A program made the translations under genes and the position numbers. DNA of 61,649 nucleotides, the filler included. It is 7 parts of 7 records of this genome, joined end to end, with 100 filler letters (N's around TTAATTAATTAA, not from the genome) between each part and the next. Parts side by side here need not be neighbours in the genome. Positions count along the whole stretch, not along the records: positions 16,468 to 27,172 come from DRR723986_23334; positions 27,273 to 38,944 come from DRR723986_23336; 5 more parts are not named here. The stretch is one strand, 5' to 3'. The notes under the pieces were generated by a model that worked only from the letters and a program-made list of their open reading frames with translations, searched no databases and was not told where the DNA came from. Shown one piece after another: positions 19,129-28,962 of this stretch. Every line of letters starts with the position of its first letter. Position 1 is the first letter of the stretch.

Positions 19129-19244
19129 TAGCCCAGAGGGCGAAGCATTCTAGCCGAGGTCGTCAGGCCTCGGGAACGAAAGGTTGGGAACGCTAGCCCG
19201 GAGGGCGGCACATACCTATCCCCATCATCTGTCGCCCTCTGGGC
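19129..19244. repeat. Composite palindromic extragenic repeat (REP/MITE-like)
   Basis: TAGCCCAGAGGGCGA (19129), hairpin CCGAGG..CCTCGG, TAGCCCGGAGGGCGG (19194), inverted TCGCCCTCTGGGC (ending 19244). Confidence 0.65.
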
Positions 19245-19372
19245 ATGAAAGCCACGAGAGCGATCAACTGCACGTACCACAGTTCTGATTCTTAAGCGAA
19301 ATCGAGCAATAGAAATACGTCTCGAACACTGCGATTTACCACCCACACCCTGCCCCATGGAACAACAGCTTG

Positions 19373-21820
19373 TTACTCGGCGGCGTACACTTTCAGCAAT
19401 CGTGAATTGTCGCCGAACGCAGCATCGTTTTGCAAAGAATCTGGGAAACTCTGGGCGAGCTGTAAAGTCTCTTCAGCAACGAGCGCTGCTGTTTCGGGAT
19501 CGTTGGCGGCAGCATGACTGCGTGCCAAGGCTAGACTAGCAAGGACGTAAATGTTGGCTGAATTTAGAACCGCTGGATTCTGCTCATAAAGTTCACGATT
19601 GAGTCTTCTGCACGAGGCGTATTGCTCGATGGCTTTCTTGTGCTCTTCCAGCTTTTCGAAAAGAACGCCGCCTTGCCACGCGAGTACACTACGCGTCTGT
19701 GCCAAAACGGGGTGGTCTGGGAAGATCGAATCTAGAACTGGCAGCGATTCGGATGCCGCCAGAAAACATGCTTCGGCCAATTCCAATTGATTCAACTCGG
19801 CAAGATCACTCGTCAGCGATGTTCCGATCCGACACTTAGTAAGGTGTAGATCCCAGATCTGCTTTTTCGATTCAGGTTCATTGATGCGATCAAAACGCTC
19901 AAGAGCTGTTTGTAAGACCCCAACCGATTTCGTGCGATCACCCTGCATTTGATACAGTCCCGACAGGGCCCGCGAGTTTTCCGCGAAGATGATTGCGGCG
20001 CGATGAGGATCCATGCTCTTGGGAGCCGGCTCGGACTGATTGGCTTTGTAAAGACTCAGCGCTTCATCGAAGCGACCGCTCAGGCTGAGAGCACTGCTGA
20101 GCCGAAGTCGTTGTTCGAAACGGATTGCGAAAACGTCGGCGTAGGCAATCCCTTCCGGCAAGTCGTTATCTTCGATTCCCTCCAACAGCTTTATGACTTG
20201 CGAAGCGCTTTCCATCCCGGCCTCATAATCACCAAGCTGAACAAGCAGATTTGATAACTCTTTCAGGGTGCTCGCCGTGCTGTATCGAACTCTGACCGTC
20301 GGCGCTTCGTCTTGCACTAGTTCTAATTGCAACTGTGCCGCCAATTTGACGAGAGCGTTCCTTTCGGGCGCAAGCCGTGACTGCTGCCGCAGCTTTTTTT
20401 CCAAATTGACAATCTCATTGATCAACGTTTGTGCTGTGTCTAGATTGCCGTCGGCTCTTGAGGTTTGAGTTTGAGCTGCTCGTAGATTCTTAATCGCTGC
20501 GTCACGCTGCCACAATGCGATCCCCATTCCGGTGCCCAGGAAAACAATGGCGGCTGCGGTCGCTGCGGTGACGAGCGGGTTGCGTTTGCACCACAAAACT
20601 GTTTTCGAAAAGAGCGATAATCGCTTGGCCTCGACTGGCTCGTTGAGCAACCAGCGATTTAAATCTGCAGCCAAGTCGTGTGCCGAAGCGTATCGCAAGG
20701 AGGGTTCCTTTTGTAAACAGCACTCGATGATCGCCGACAATGCAGAAGGCGTATCGCTGCGATGCTTCCGAGGATTCGGAAGCGGATCATCTGTGATTGC
20801 TCTGAGTGTCTGGATCAGTTCGTCACGTCGGAATGGCGTGATGCCTGTGACCATCTCGTACAAGATCATGCCAAGGGCCCAGACATCTGCTGCCGGGCCA
20901 ACAGACTGTTCGGTTTGCCGAGACTCGCTACTTGCCTGTTCAGGTGCCATGTAAGCGGGAGTGCCGACAATCTGCCCGTCTTGGGTGAGCGTTGCATCGC
21001 CCAACCCGGTACGACGGGCGAGCCCAAAATCAGTGATTAGGACTCGCTTCCAAATCGGTTTGTCCTCTGGATCTTTGCCGTGAGCGATCAGAACATTGCC
21101 AGGCTTAAGATCGCGATGGATGACTCCGCGCTGATGGGCGTGCTGAACTGCGTCGGCCAAGTGGGCGATGATCTTTGCCGCCGTGCGAAAGTCCACCGTG
21201 TTTTGGCTAGCCATCCAGTCGGCCAGGGACATTCCGTCGACCCAGGCAAAAGCGATGAAACGTACCGGGCCGACTTCACCATACTCATAAACCGGCACAA
21301 TCTGTGGGTGACCGAGCGCGGCTGCCAATTTGCCTTCGCGTTCGAAACGCTGGCGCGCGTCGGGATTTCGATCCGCGTGAAACAGAGGAACCTTCAGCGC
21401 TACTTGTCGGTCAAGCTCGGTGTCAACTGCTAGGAAAACCTCGGCGAATCCGCCCCGCCCAATTGAGCGAACGACTGTGTAGCGGCCGATCGCTTGGGGC
21501 AGTTCGGCAGAATTTCTCTGCGATTCTCGAACGGCAGTGCGGACGTCATCCAAAAAGCCAAGGGCCGCCGTCGCTTGGAGACGCTCGTCTTCAGAGAGTT
21601 CCTCAGGCAGCTCGGTAGCAGTGCTTTGTAATTCGCTAAAACGCGGCGTATCGTCGGCTGGAATCCGTCGCGTTTCTCGATCGGCTTCTGAGATACTTGG
21701 CCGACCGTCACTGGGATGACCGTCACTGGGCTGGGCAGTGATTCCTTTGGCACCGGCTGGCGAATTGGGCTTCGGGAGGCGGTTGTCTGATGAGCTCGGA
21801 TTAGGAGAAGGAGTCGTCAA
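19373..21820 (-). CDS. Hanks-type Ser/Thr protein kinase with TM and TPR-like C-terminus
   Basis: IGRGGFAEV, VALKVP, HRDLKPGNVL, TDFGLAR, GTPAYMAPE, DVWALG. Confidence 0.95.
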   Translation of the reverse strand: MTTPSPNPSSSDNRLPKPNSPAGAKGITAQPSDGHPSDGRPSISEADRETRRIPADDTPRFSELQSTATELPEELSEDERLQATAALGFLDDVRTAVRESQRNSAELPQAIGRYTVVRSIGRGGFAEVFLAVDTELDRQVALKVPLFHADRNPDARQRFEREGKLAAALGHPQIVPVYEYGEVGPVRFIAFAWVDGMSLADWMASQNTVDFRTAAKIIAHLADAVQHAHQRGVIHRDLKPGNVLIAHGKDPEDKPIWKRVLITDFGLARRTGLGDATLTQDGQIVGTPAYMAPEQASSESRQTEQSVGPAADVWALGMILYEMVTGITPFRRDELIQTLRAITDDPLPNPRKHRSDTPSALSAIIECCLQKEPSLRYASAHDLAADLNRWLLNEPVEAKRLSLFSKTVLWCKRNPLVTAATAAAIVFLGTGMGIALWQRDAAIKNLRAAQTQTSRADGNLDTAQTLINEIVNLEKKLRQQSRLAPERNALVKLAAQLQLELVQDEAPTVRVRYSTASTLKELSNLLVQLGDYEAGMESASQVIKLLEGIEDNDLPEGIAYADVFAIRFEQRLRLSSALSLSGRFDEALSLYKANQSEPAPKSMDPHRAAIIFAENSRALSGLYQMQGDRTKSVGVLQTALERFDRINEPESKKQIWDLHLTKCRIGTSLTSDLAELNQLELAEACFLAASESLPVLDSIFPDHPVLAQTRSVLAWQGGVLFEKLEEHKKAIEQYASCRRLNRELYEQNPAVLNSANIYVLASLALARSHAAANDPETAALVAEETLQLAQSFPDSLQNDAAFGDNSRLLKVYAAE

Positions 21821-22430
21821 TTTTTGCCAATTCCTGTTGTAACTTTACAAGTGCCCGTCCCCAGAGTTTCGATACTGCATCGACACTCCGGTCCATTTGC
21901 TCAGCAACCTGGGCGAAAGGTAATTCTTGAATACTTCGAAGTTCGATGACTCGGGCATAGTCGTCAGGCAATTGCTCGATCACACGCCGGAATCTTGCCA
22001 GCTTTTCTTGCTGCAGCGATTTTTCGGTCGGTGAGGCCTCTGGACTCGCATGCTGGAAACCACCGACTGAATCGGAAGTGGTGAGTTCTCGCTCGCGTCG
22101 GATGTCGCGGCGATCACGGTTTAGATCACGTCGAGTTGTATGGACTTCATTTTTCAGAATCGTATTGAGCCAGCCGTAGAACTCTGCCGAGGTCGAGCCC
22201 CGGAAATCCTCAAACCCCGAGACCATACGGACCATCGTGGCTTGGACGATGTCCGAAGGATTTACTTTTCGCCTCAACCCCTGGTCCAACTGTTTGTTTG
22301 CCATAGTGTCCAAGTGCGATTGCACTTGTCGGCAAATCTCGCTGTGGGCCGCCGCGTCACCATCGCGGGCGGCCGCAACCAACTGGCTCATCTCTCCTGC
22401 GTCAAACTCTGCGTTTTCATTCTTGTCCAT
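21801..22430 (-). CDS. ECF sigma-70 factor (planctomycete type, kinase-linked)
   Basis: LVAAARDGD, SDIVQAT, FRGST..EFYGWL..IL, LPDDYARVIELR..AVSKLWGRAL; 20-nt overlap with the kinase. Confidence 0.9.
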   Translation of the reverse strand: MDKNENAEFDAGEMSQLVAAARDGDAAAHSEICRQVQSHLDTMANKQLDQGLRRKVNPSDIVQATMVRMVSGFEDFRGSTSAEFYGWLNTILKNEVHTTRRDLNRDRRDIRRERELTTSDSVGGFQHASPEASPTEKSLQQEKLARFRRVIEQLPDDYARVIELRSIQELPFAQVAEQMDRSVDAVSKLWGRALVKLQQELAKIDDSFS

Positions 22431-22523
22431 GCGAACAGATCGGGGCGAGAGTTAGTAAAGCCTACGTGTAACTCCCTAACATTCTGATCTGGATGCTTGG
22501 CCTGTGTCAATCTGAGGACTATA

Positions 22524-24965
22524 TCACTTTGCTTTCCAGGGCTTAAGGAACAAATGCCACTGATCATCGATGCGGACAAAGGAACCGAACTGAGTCCCAC
22601 CGCCGGTTTCCGGATCTTGGTACAGCACATCAACGAAGTAGTGGTCGCCACGCAACAGCTCAGCAACGTCAGCGAGCCCTGCGTGAAACTCTGAACTAGA
22701 CGGAGATTGCACGGAGTCAGAGTGGAAAAACGTGAAGCCCGGAATTGCGTCGGGCTTGGGCTGGCGCAACTGCCCAAGTTGCGGTCGAACGATTTTGTAC
22801 AGTTCGTCGACTCGCATTGCGAATTCGGGCTCGAATAACTTCGCGGTGCCCTGTGGCATCGCAAGCATCTTGCCTGCGGCAGTAGCCGTATTGCTAGCAA
22901 GATTAACGTTCTGAAGATGCGCGAGCAAACTTTCGGCCAGCTCGATTTTAGAATCGGTGCGTTCCCGGAGGCGTTTCCATCTTGGACTATCCATCGCGAC
23001 TTTCTGCAACTGTTGGTTCGCAGTACTAGCTTCAGCGATTTCGCCCGTTTCAAGCAGCATATCAATGAAGTGAGCTTGAATCTTCACGTTGTTCGGCGAC
23101 AACTCGACCGCTCGACGAGCCGCTTGAAGTGCGTCCTCAGTCTTTCCTTGCCACCGCAGGACCCTACTCCGCGAAAAGGGATAGATTGCTTCGTCCGGCA
23201 TCGCAGCTTCGGCCTTCAAACATGCTTCGATGACCTCTCCTGACGATGGCCCACCTTCCTCAAACTGGACGGAAGCCCAAAACCAGTCTGCACCAGCAAG
23301 CGCAATGATATCCAACGCTTCGTTCGGCGAACCATCCTCCTCCAAATCGAGAAACTCGTACGCGTCTGCGACGGCTAGCTGCGGTAAATTTGCTGAATGA
23401 AACAAACGCGCCCGCACAAGCAATTCGGACTGATAGTCTCCTTTCAATCGCCTGCCCTGGCATCGGATCGCAAGTTGGTCAGCGCCTATCGACGAAGCAA
23501 AGGCTTGCGTTATCGTTAGCCCCCAATGATTGGTTGGATCCAATTGACCGAGCTTGGTGAGTGCCTGTGCAGCCTCTTGAGTATTACCAGCCTGGTTCGC
23601 GATGATGGCAAGGCAACATAAAGCGTCGGAGTTCATCGAATCCAGTGCGACCGCTTGCCGCGCTGCGTCCAGTGCCTCTGGCAATCGCTTGAGCGCGAAC
23701 AGCACCTGGGATTTCACACGATACGCCTCACCGAAGCTAGTAGGATTGGTGGTGGCACGATTGATCAGTCCAAGCGCAGCCTCTTTTGAGTCCTTCTGGT
23801 ACATCAGCCAGGCTTCGGCAGTCAGGCGGACTGTGGTTTCCCGCCCGCTGAACGACATTTTTTCCCCGGCGTCGCGAAGTGATTCGAGGATAGACTCGAC
23901 GAATTCCGAATCGGCCATAGCCATGCCTAGTAACGCGAGTTCCAGGCCGAGCTCTTTGAATTCAGTTAGCTCTGCCGAGTCGCTCGTGGACTTGAGTTCT
24001 GCCAGACGCTCTGTCTTTGCCTCAATTTCTTCCGCCGTTTCGAAACCACTCGGCCGCCCCTGTTCTCGCGCGGCCTTTACAGTCTCTTCTCGCAGAGTTT
24101 GTTGGCGAATGAGTTCCTTGGCGACATCATCGGCGAGTTTTAGTTTGTCTGGATCTTGATAAGTGTCTTTGTACTGTTTGAGAAGGAATGCCACCTTTTC
24201 TGTTTCGAACATCCCAAGCAACGCGCTCATTCGTCGCACTTCGCCGACGAACTCAAGGTCGTCGGTCATCGCATTGAAACGCTGGAGAACCTTTTCTGCT
24301 TCGTCCCATCGCTCAGTCCTGGCGTAGATTTCGCCAAGAAGCAGCAACTTGAAGGGCGCTGGATCCGCATCAAAGCTGGCAAAGACGTCCGCTTCGGCCC
24401 AGTCAAAGACACACAACTTCGCAAGCAAATCAGCCCGCGAATATCGCCAGTCGGGAATCTCTTCTGAGTCGTTGGGATAGGTCTCAAGCAACCGAGTGTA
24501 GGCCCTGATGCCCCCAAGTGCGTCTTCCTCCGCTTCGCAGACTTGCGCAAGCAGCGAGTACCCCAACCCGTCGCCAAGATCCACTAAACGCCGCGCATCT
24601 TGCGTCAGTTTCACGATTTCCCCCATCGACTTCCACGCCAATGCGCGACGAAAGAGCAAATCCCTGTCCCTGGGATACTTATTGATCGCCGGTTCGAGAG
24701 CGACAGGAATTTCGGCCACACGATCCAGTTGCCGCAGCAACCCCGCCTGAAGTGCGTAGACTTTCGGTTGCCAGGGATTTGCCGCCAGACTTTGCTCGCA
24801 GAGTTGCAACGCTTGCTCGGGCTTGCCGTCGGCCTGAGCGGCGGCAATCGTCTCGAGACTAATGTCGCCCTGCTGAGCCAATCCGACTTTGCTGGTCGTG
24901 AACGAGAAAATAAATCCAAGAAGCAGTAGGGAGAATGTTCTTGTCGGTTTTGGTTTCAGCGTCAT
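22524..24965 (-). CDS. Secreted TPR-repeat protein
   Basis: Signal peptide, many TPR-like helical repeats (EALDAARQAVALDS, DALQAARRAVELSP). Confidence 0.8.
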   Translation of the reverse strand: MTLKPKPTRTFSLLLLGFIFSFTTSKVGLAQQGDISLETIAAAQADGKPEQALQLCEQSLAANPWQPKVYALQAGLLRQLDRVAEIPVALEPAINKYPRDRDLLFRRALAWKSMGEIVKLTQDARRLVDLGDGLGYSLLAQVCEAEEDALGGIRAYTRLLETYPNDSEEIPDWRYSRADLLAKLCVFDWAEADVFASFDADPAPFKLLLLGEIYARTERWDEAEKVLQRFNAMTDDLEFVGEVRRMSALLGMFETEKVAFLLKQYKDTYQDPDKLKLADDVAKELIRQQTLREETVKAAREQGRPSGFETAEEIEAKTERLAELKSTSDSAELTEFKELGLELALLGMAMADSEFVESILESLRDAGEKMSFSGRETTVRLTAEAWLMYQKDSKEAALGLINRATTNPTSFGEAYRVKSQVLFALKRLPEALDAARQAVALDSMNSDALCCLAIIANQAGNTQEAAQALTKLGQLDPTNHWGLTITQAFASSIGADQLAIRCQGRRLKGDYQSELLVRARLFHSANLPQLAVADAYEFLDLEEDGSPNEALDIIALAGADWFWASVQFEEGGPSSGEVIEACLKAEAAMPDEAIYPFSRSRVLRWQGKTEDALQAARRAVELSPNNVKIQAHFIDMLLETGEIAEASTANQQLQKVAMDSPRWKRLRERTDSKIELAESLLAHLQNVNLASNTATAAGKMLAMPQGTAKLFEPEFAMRVDELYKIVRPQLGQLRQPKPDAIPGFTFFHSDSVQSPSSSEFHAGLADVAELLRGDHYFVDVLYQDPETGGGTQFGSFVRIDDQWHLFLKPWKAK

Positions 24966-25129
24966 GTATTCGAACTCTTTAGGACTATCTCGAGAGGCAA
25001 TGTTGCCTCTCTCAGTCAGACTCCGTTGCCACCCCGAATGCGACACGCCGCCCCCTGAAAAATGAATTTTGCGACCCCATGTGCTGGATCGCTACGAATT
25101 GTGTTGCGAGAGATAGGGGCTACAGATTG

Positions 25130-25157
25130 AAAAAGGCTTGACCATCGCCAAGCCTTT
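25130..25157 (-). terminator. Intrinsic terminator
   Basis: AAAGGCTTG-ACCATCGC-CAAGCCTTT with a U-tract on the minus strand, downstream of the gene ending at 25191. Confidence 0.6.
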
Positions 25158-25190
25158 CTTCAATTGGAATTGGCACGCACTCGTCGGGAT

Positions 25191-25973
25191 TCACCAAATC
25201 AGGTTCTCGACATCGTCAGTGACGTCGTCCAAGTCGATCGCGTTGCCCGCACTGTCCACGAAATCGAATACGACGTCGACCGTGTCGTAGTCCCATCCGT
25301 TCCCTCCGTCGATAAAGGCGTTATCCGATGTTGCCCCAAGAATCCTCACCTCGTCGTCTCCAAGTGATAACTCGATATCCATCGACTCGAGCCGTGACAT
25401 GACCAAAACGACCTCATCGTCCTGGAATCCCGAGTCGACGAACAGGTCGGTGATGCTGCTGTAAAGCACACCGATCAAGTCGGCGCCTCTGCCTGTATAG
25501 ACCTCGGCAATATCAGCTACGATCCCCCAAAGTCGGATCCTGTCTGGAGCAGTATCGAACCAACTCGTCTCGACTTTAATCTCTATCGCTTCGGCAAAGA
25601 ACAGATCCAATTCGTCCGCCCCCCGCCCCAAGTCGATTTCGACTTCACCAACGGAGATCAGTCCATCAACTAGAACGCTATCGTTTCCATTCCCCATGTC
25701 GATATCCACGTTACGCAGGGGCAGGCCGTTGAGCAGCGAGACAAATGACTGCGTTGAATTGTTGACTGTCGTTCCATTGAGGCCGCGTACGACTAGTCGG
25801 TTACCATCGTAAGCAATGTTGATATCGTTATTGTCTGAGTCGCCGTTGATCTCAAGATCCGTAGTCAGCTTATCGAAATCCAGATCGACTGTTACGTTCC
25901 CGGCATGCGCGGAAGCGCCTATGACTGCCGCGAGAACTAAACCAAGGACACTGCAAGTAGCTGTCTTTTTCAT
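25191..25973 (-). CDS. Secreted acidic beta-repeat protein (DxGxGxD repeats)
   Basis: Signal peptide; about 22-aa repeats DMGNGND, DLGRGAD, YTGRGAD, DSGFQDD, DGGNGWD. Confidence 0.7.
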   Translation of the reverse strand: MKKTATCSVLGLVLAAVIGASAHAGNVTVDLDFDKLTTDLEINGDSDNNDINIAYDGNRLVVRGLNGTTVNNSTQSFVSLLNGLPLRNVDIDMGNGNDSVLVDGLISVGEVEIDLGRGADELDLFFAEAIEIKVETSWFDTAPDRIRLWGIVADIAEVYTGRGADLIGVLYSSITDLFVDSGFQDDEVVLVMSRLESMDIELSLGDDEVRILGATSDNAFIDGGNGWDYDTVDVVFDFVDSAGNAIDLDDVTDDVENLIW

Positions 25974-26446
25974 CAAACCAACTTCCGTTTTCAAAGTGCG
26001 TAGAGTGCGGAGCGAACTTGCTCCTGCTACACCAGTCCAAGCGGAGCGTCGTCGAAAACGTTACATGGTTTCTCGGACTTTTTACAAACCGCTTTCGGCG
26101 GTCTGACCTGCTGGTGACAAGCCCGGCTGACGTCGACTTTATGCCGGCGGATATCCAGGATCATGGGTGGCTGGGGTGGGAGCCCGAGCGCCCCCCAGGG
26201 AATTCTTGATCAGGGGATCGCCCCCCTCCCTGTCTTTTCCGCAGGGAGGAAACGCAGGCTAAATCCTTCGTATATAGGGCTCGACATCAGCAGCCTACGA
26301 CGGCGCGAACTTAAAAAGTTACATTCGCGCGTCGGATCGCGGCGTCTAGCAGAGTCTGCAAAGAGAGAAGAGCGTGATTCATTAATCGCGCAAATGATTC
26401 ACTATTAGAGCAACGCTGTTCGGTGTCATGATTGCGGGAATGTAGG

Positions 26447-27037
26447 ATGGAAGAAGCCGAGCTAGATAAGATTCGGCAAGGGGATGCGACGGCCCTAGTG
26501 GCTTGGGTCGAAGCGGACCGCGCGAAATGGATTCGATTCATCAAGGTGATAGCAAGTGCTAAACTGTGGTCCGTTGTCGAACCCGACGACTTGCTTCAAG
26601 ATGTGCTTACAAGTGCAGTATCAAGTCTGGATACCGCTCCGCTTGATACGTATTCTGTCGAATCTTGGCTGCAGCAGGTCGCGAGACGACGCGTGGTCGA
26701 CGCACATCGATTCTACTTTGCCGCTAAGCGGCGCGATGCGAGTCGAAATGTGCCGCAAGCAGATGGTTCCAAGGACCTCGCGCATCTACTTGTGTCGAGT
26801 GTGACGACTCCTACCGCCGCGCACAGCCAGGCGATACGTCTGACTGCAATAGAAAATGCCGTGGCCGAACTGCCGGAAAGCCAACGCGTCGCGCTAGACT
26901 TGCGATACCACCAGCAGAAGAGTATCGCCGAAGTCGCGAAGCAGATCGGAAAGTCTGAAGTTGCAACGCGCGTCTTACTTTCACGTTGTTTGCGTTCGTT
27001 AGAAAAAATGCTTGCCGCCCACCGTCCCACTCGCTGA
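26447..27037 (+). CDS. ECF sigma-70 factor
   Basis: IRQGDATAL, EPDDLLQDV, SWLQQVARRRVVDAHR, LPESQRVALDLRY..EVATRVLLSR. Confidence 0.88.
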   Translation: MEEAELDKIRQGDATALVAWVEADRAKWIRFIKVIASAKLWSVVEPDDLLQDVLTSAVSSLDTAPLDTYSVESWLQQVARRRVVDAHRFYFAAKRRDASRNVPQADGSKDLAHLLVSSVTTPTAAHSQAIRLTAIENAVAELPESQRVALDLRYHQQKSIAEVAKQIGKSEVATRVLLSRCLRSLEKMLAAHRPTR

Positions 27038-27119
27038 CGATTGGAGAGTTTGACGCTATCTGTCGAATTCTCGCCAAGCCCCGGATGTCACGGGAGACCG
27101 GCGACTGAGTGGTTCGCCT

Positions 27120-27172
27120 CTCCGTGTGCCGTCAGGCCGACGAATAGTAGCAGGCACACTCCGTGTGCCGTC
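27120..27172 (+). repeat. GTAG-family REP elements (one partial, one full copy)
   Basis: GTAGCAGGCACAC-TCC-GTGTGCCGTC at 27147-27172; partial CTCCGTGTGCCGTC at 27120-27133. Confidence 0.8.
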
Positions 27173-27272
27173 NNNNNNNNNNNNNNNNNNNNNNNNNNNN
27201 NNNNNNNNNNNNNNNNTTAATTAATTAANNNNNNNNNNNNNNNNNNNNNNNNNNNNNNNNNNNNNNNNNNNN
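27173..27272. other. Artificial contig linker
   Basis: N44-TTAATTAATTAA-N44. Confidence 0.98.
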
Positions 27273-27547
27273 GCCCTAAGGGCTCGACCCTGTTGTAAAA
27301 ATCACAAGTCTCAATTTTCCAACCGCTCATCCCAAATCCAACCCCACAAACTCCAAACCACCAACCGCAAAACCACTTTGCCTTGTAATTGTCGGATTCT
27401 CAAGAAGTTGGAAACCCAGACTAATCGTTATCCACAATCCAGGTCCAATCAATCGCCATTCTTTCAATTGTAAACCGCATATGCTCGACAGTTTAGCCAC
27501 GAGCTGCTCATGAGCCGCAACACCCGTTATGCGATCAAAGTCATTTC

Positions 27548-28876
27548 TTAGTTGTTAAGCAGGCTCAATGAGATTAGTCTCTGATCACCCAAGTTGACAT
27601 GCAGCAGATACACTCCTTTGTCAATCGAGTCCGGTAGCTCTGCAGAAATAGTTGCTGAACCTGTCTGTTGTCTAAACAGTCTCTGCCACACCAGCTGTCC
27701 GCGCAAGTTATACAATGCGAGTTCAAGCCTGCTGCTCGTGATTGGCTGATCGAAGTTGAGCATCAGTCTGCCGGTTTGAATCTTCGCGCTGACATTCCAA
27801 CTTGTTGTTATGAGCTTCTGCGAATTCACGTCCAGGACCACGTCCTGTAAATCGCGACTGTACAAACCCAGCCCGCTGCCGGCCACGTATAGCCTTGTCC
27901 CCCTGGCTTCAATTGTGCGCGGTTCAAGGTTGGCAGGCAGGCCATTGCTGACCAGGTTCCAGCTTGTGGCATACGGTTCCCACACAAATACCTCGCCACT
28001 GATTGTTAAGGCGGCTACGGAAGTTTCGAACGGAGTTAACTCCAAAACCTGTTCTTCCGCACCCATACCGGCTGAGCGTGCGCGCCAAAACTGTGATGTG
28101 GACTGGACTCCAAAAGCGCCGCCGCCATCACTGCCGGCAAACAACTCCTGCGCCGGCCCATCCTGCACCGCGTCGGCGGTCGCTGCCAGACTTAAGAGGC
28201 GTCTGTTTGACAGGCCGGCATTAAAGGCACTCCAGATTCCCGTGGCAGGATCGCGTCTAAAGACGCCACGGTCTCCGCTGGCAGCGTAGAGGACTGACTC
28301 AACATCTTCCAGCGCTGTGACAACACTTTCTGAAGGCAGGCCTGTTGACTGATCTGCCCAAATTACTCCGCTGCTGGAACGTAACAGTCCACGGCTGGTG
28401 GCCAGCCAGATACTTCCCTCAAACTCGTGAACCGCCAGAACCGAAGTGCCGGCTCCAAGGTTTGAAACGGGCAACCAGACCTGGCCCGCGTCACTGCTGG
28501 AGTAGACCTGCCCATTGAACGTGAATGCAAGCAGCCTCGGGATCTCGCCTGAAATCCTGAATATTACATCCTCGTTGCCAATCCCAAAGTCGCGTCTTTG
28601 CCAATCATCTTCGTCGGCAGGTGAGTACCAGATGTTGCCATTTTGCTCAGCTACAAACATGCTGCCCGCACCGCTGTTGTGGATGGTTGTCAGCGAGCGG
28701 TCAACCATTCTGCTTTCACTACGCCACTGGGCCTCCGCTGTCTGGGGATGCAGGAGGTTTGCCGCTAAAACACCGGCTGCCAGTATGAGGCCGATAATCC
28801 GGTTAAAGCAATCGAGTCTAAAGCGTTCTTTGACAATGCCAACCAATGCCGACGTCAATTTTTGCTGTATATTCAT
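27548..28876 (-). CDS. Secreted beta-propeller (BNR-like repeats) with T9SS-like C-terminal sorting domain
   Basis: SSDAGQVW, WSAFNAGL, WNLVSNGLP repeats; C-terminal LYNLRGQLV..GVYLLHV. Confidence 0.7.
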   Translation of the reverse strand: MNIQQKLTSALVGIVKERFRLDCFNRIIGLILAAGVLAANLLHPQTAEAQWRSESRMVDRSLTTIHNSGAGSMFVAEQNGNIWYSPADEDDWQRRDFGIGNEDVIFRISGEIPRLLAFTFNGQVYSSSDAGQVWLPVSNLGAGTSVLAVHEFEGSIWLATSRGLLRSSSGVIWADQSTGLPSESVVTALEDVESVLYAASGDRGVFRRDPATGIWSAFNAGLSNRRLLSLAATADAVQDGPAQELFAGSDGGGAFGVQSTSQFWRARSAGMGAEEQVLELTPFETSVAALTISGEVFVWEPYATSWNLVSNGLPANLEPRTIEARGTRLYVAGSGLGLYSRDLQDVVLDVNSQKLITTSWNVSAKIQTGRLMLNFDQPITSSRLELALYNLRGQLVWQRLFRQQTGSATISAELPDSIDKGVYLLHVNLGDQRLISLSLLNN

Positions 28877-28962
28877 GTATAATCATCATAAAATGAACGC
28901 TAATGCTTGCACTGAATCAGCCAAACTAGCTAAAGTCAAAACAAAACCGAAGGATCTCAATC

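Noticed and set aside
21703-21731. 15-nt tandem duplication in the kinase N-terminus (PSDGHPSDGRPS)
   Set aside because: Ordinary slippage in a disordered linker.
27428-27436. Perfect DnaA box TTATCCACA beside a C/A-skewed tract
   Set aside because: One 9-mer is expected by chance in about 60 kb; there is no box cluster and no dnaA neighbourhood.
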